Below are positions 63,584 to 64,000 of a DNA stretch of 64,000 nt, one piece after another. The stretch is from Camelus dromedarius. Its lineage: Eukaryota. Positions within the stretch are counted from its first letter, which is position 1; each line of letters begins with the position of its first letter. Made by a program: the position numbers and the translations under genes. Where the stretch lies: the NCBI RefSeq assembly GCF_036321535.1, contig NC_087437.1, positions 89,034,001 to 89,098,000 of the forward strand. The letters are read 5' to 3'. Under the pieces are notes generated by a model. That model searched no databases. It had not been told where the DNA came from and was given only the letters and a program-made list of their open reading frames with translations.

Positions 63584-64000
63584 CTAGGCAGAAAGAAAAT
63601 GTATTTGGTTTGACTTTAAATCCTTCACTTATGAATAAAAAATTAAGACACATTTTCCTCTGAGCTATGCCACAGGCATTCTTAAATTATCTTGGTGGAT
63701 TTGACCTTAACATGTGCAAGGGATAGCAAAGAAGCCAATTTCACTGAAGCAAATGAATAATATTGCAAATGTGTTAAGGCTAAGGTTAAAAACCTAGCAA
63801 TATGTTGCAGTGTGGAGAGCTTTGTGGGTTAAAGAGATGAGCTTAGTTTGATAGCACTGTCAGTAAAGAAATACTGAAAAACCATAGTTCAGAGAACATC
63901 ATGGTGAAAAGAATACTTGAAGAATATTGATCCAGCAGTGGGGGGCAGTATGGATTCTGAAAATACTATTTTCCTCACTTGTTCTATTACTTAATTGTAA

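Noticed and set aside
1..64000. CRISPR arrays, operons, prokaryotic or viral systems, miRNA hairpins
   Set aside because: The sequence is mammalian and repeat-rich; I saw no spacer-repeat array, long ORF or long hairpin.

Overview
AT-rich, CpG-depleted mammalian genomic DNA, most likely from a camelid (camel/alpaca/llama). The evidence is a tRNA-Ala(AGC)-derived Vic-1-type SINE with a perfect 14-bp TSD, plus four copies of a young cetartiodactyl-type L1 3' end. I found no protein-coding exon I could recognise. The only ORF with clear protein homology (5731-6120, minus) is a LINE-1 ORF2 C-terminal remnant. The window reads as a large intron or intergenic region. It holds young L1 fragments, old L1M, L2 and MIR relics, six MaLR (MLT1) LTRs, three ERV1-type solo LTRs, MER5A/MER58 DNA-transposon fossils and microsatellites. 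Several repeat-poor, CpG-retaining blocks lie between these (about 19.0-19.8, 35.8-36.0, 39.0-39.1 and 47.0-48.6 kb) and may be regulatory or non-coding exonic DNA. I see no evidence of a novel multi-gene system. The most notable observations are a probable very ancient, non-mammalian-style L2-clade LINE relic at about 49.8-50.0 kb, a roughly 75-bp twin-primed L1 nested in a multi-layer L1 cluster, and the CpG-rich block at 47-48.6 kb with exon-like boundaries. Repeat subfamily names come from recalled consensus motifs, not from a database search, and most old-repeat boundaries are approximate.
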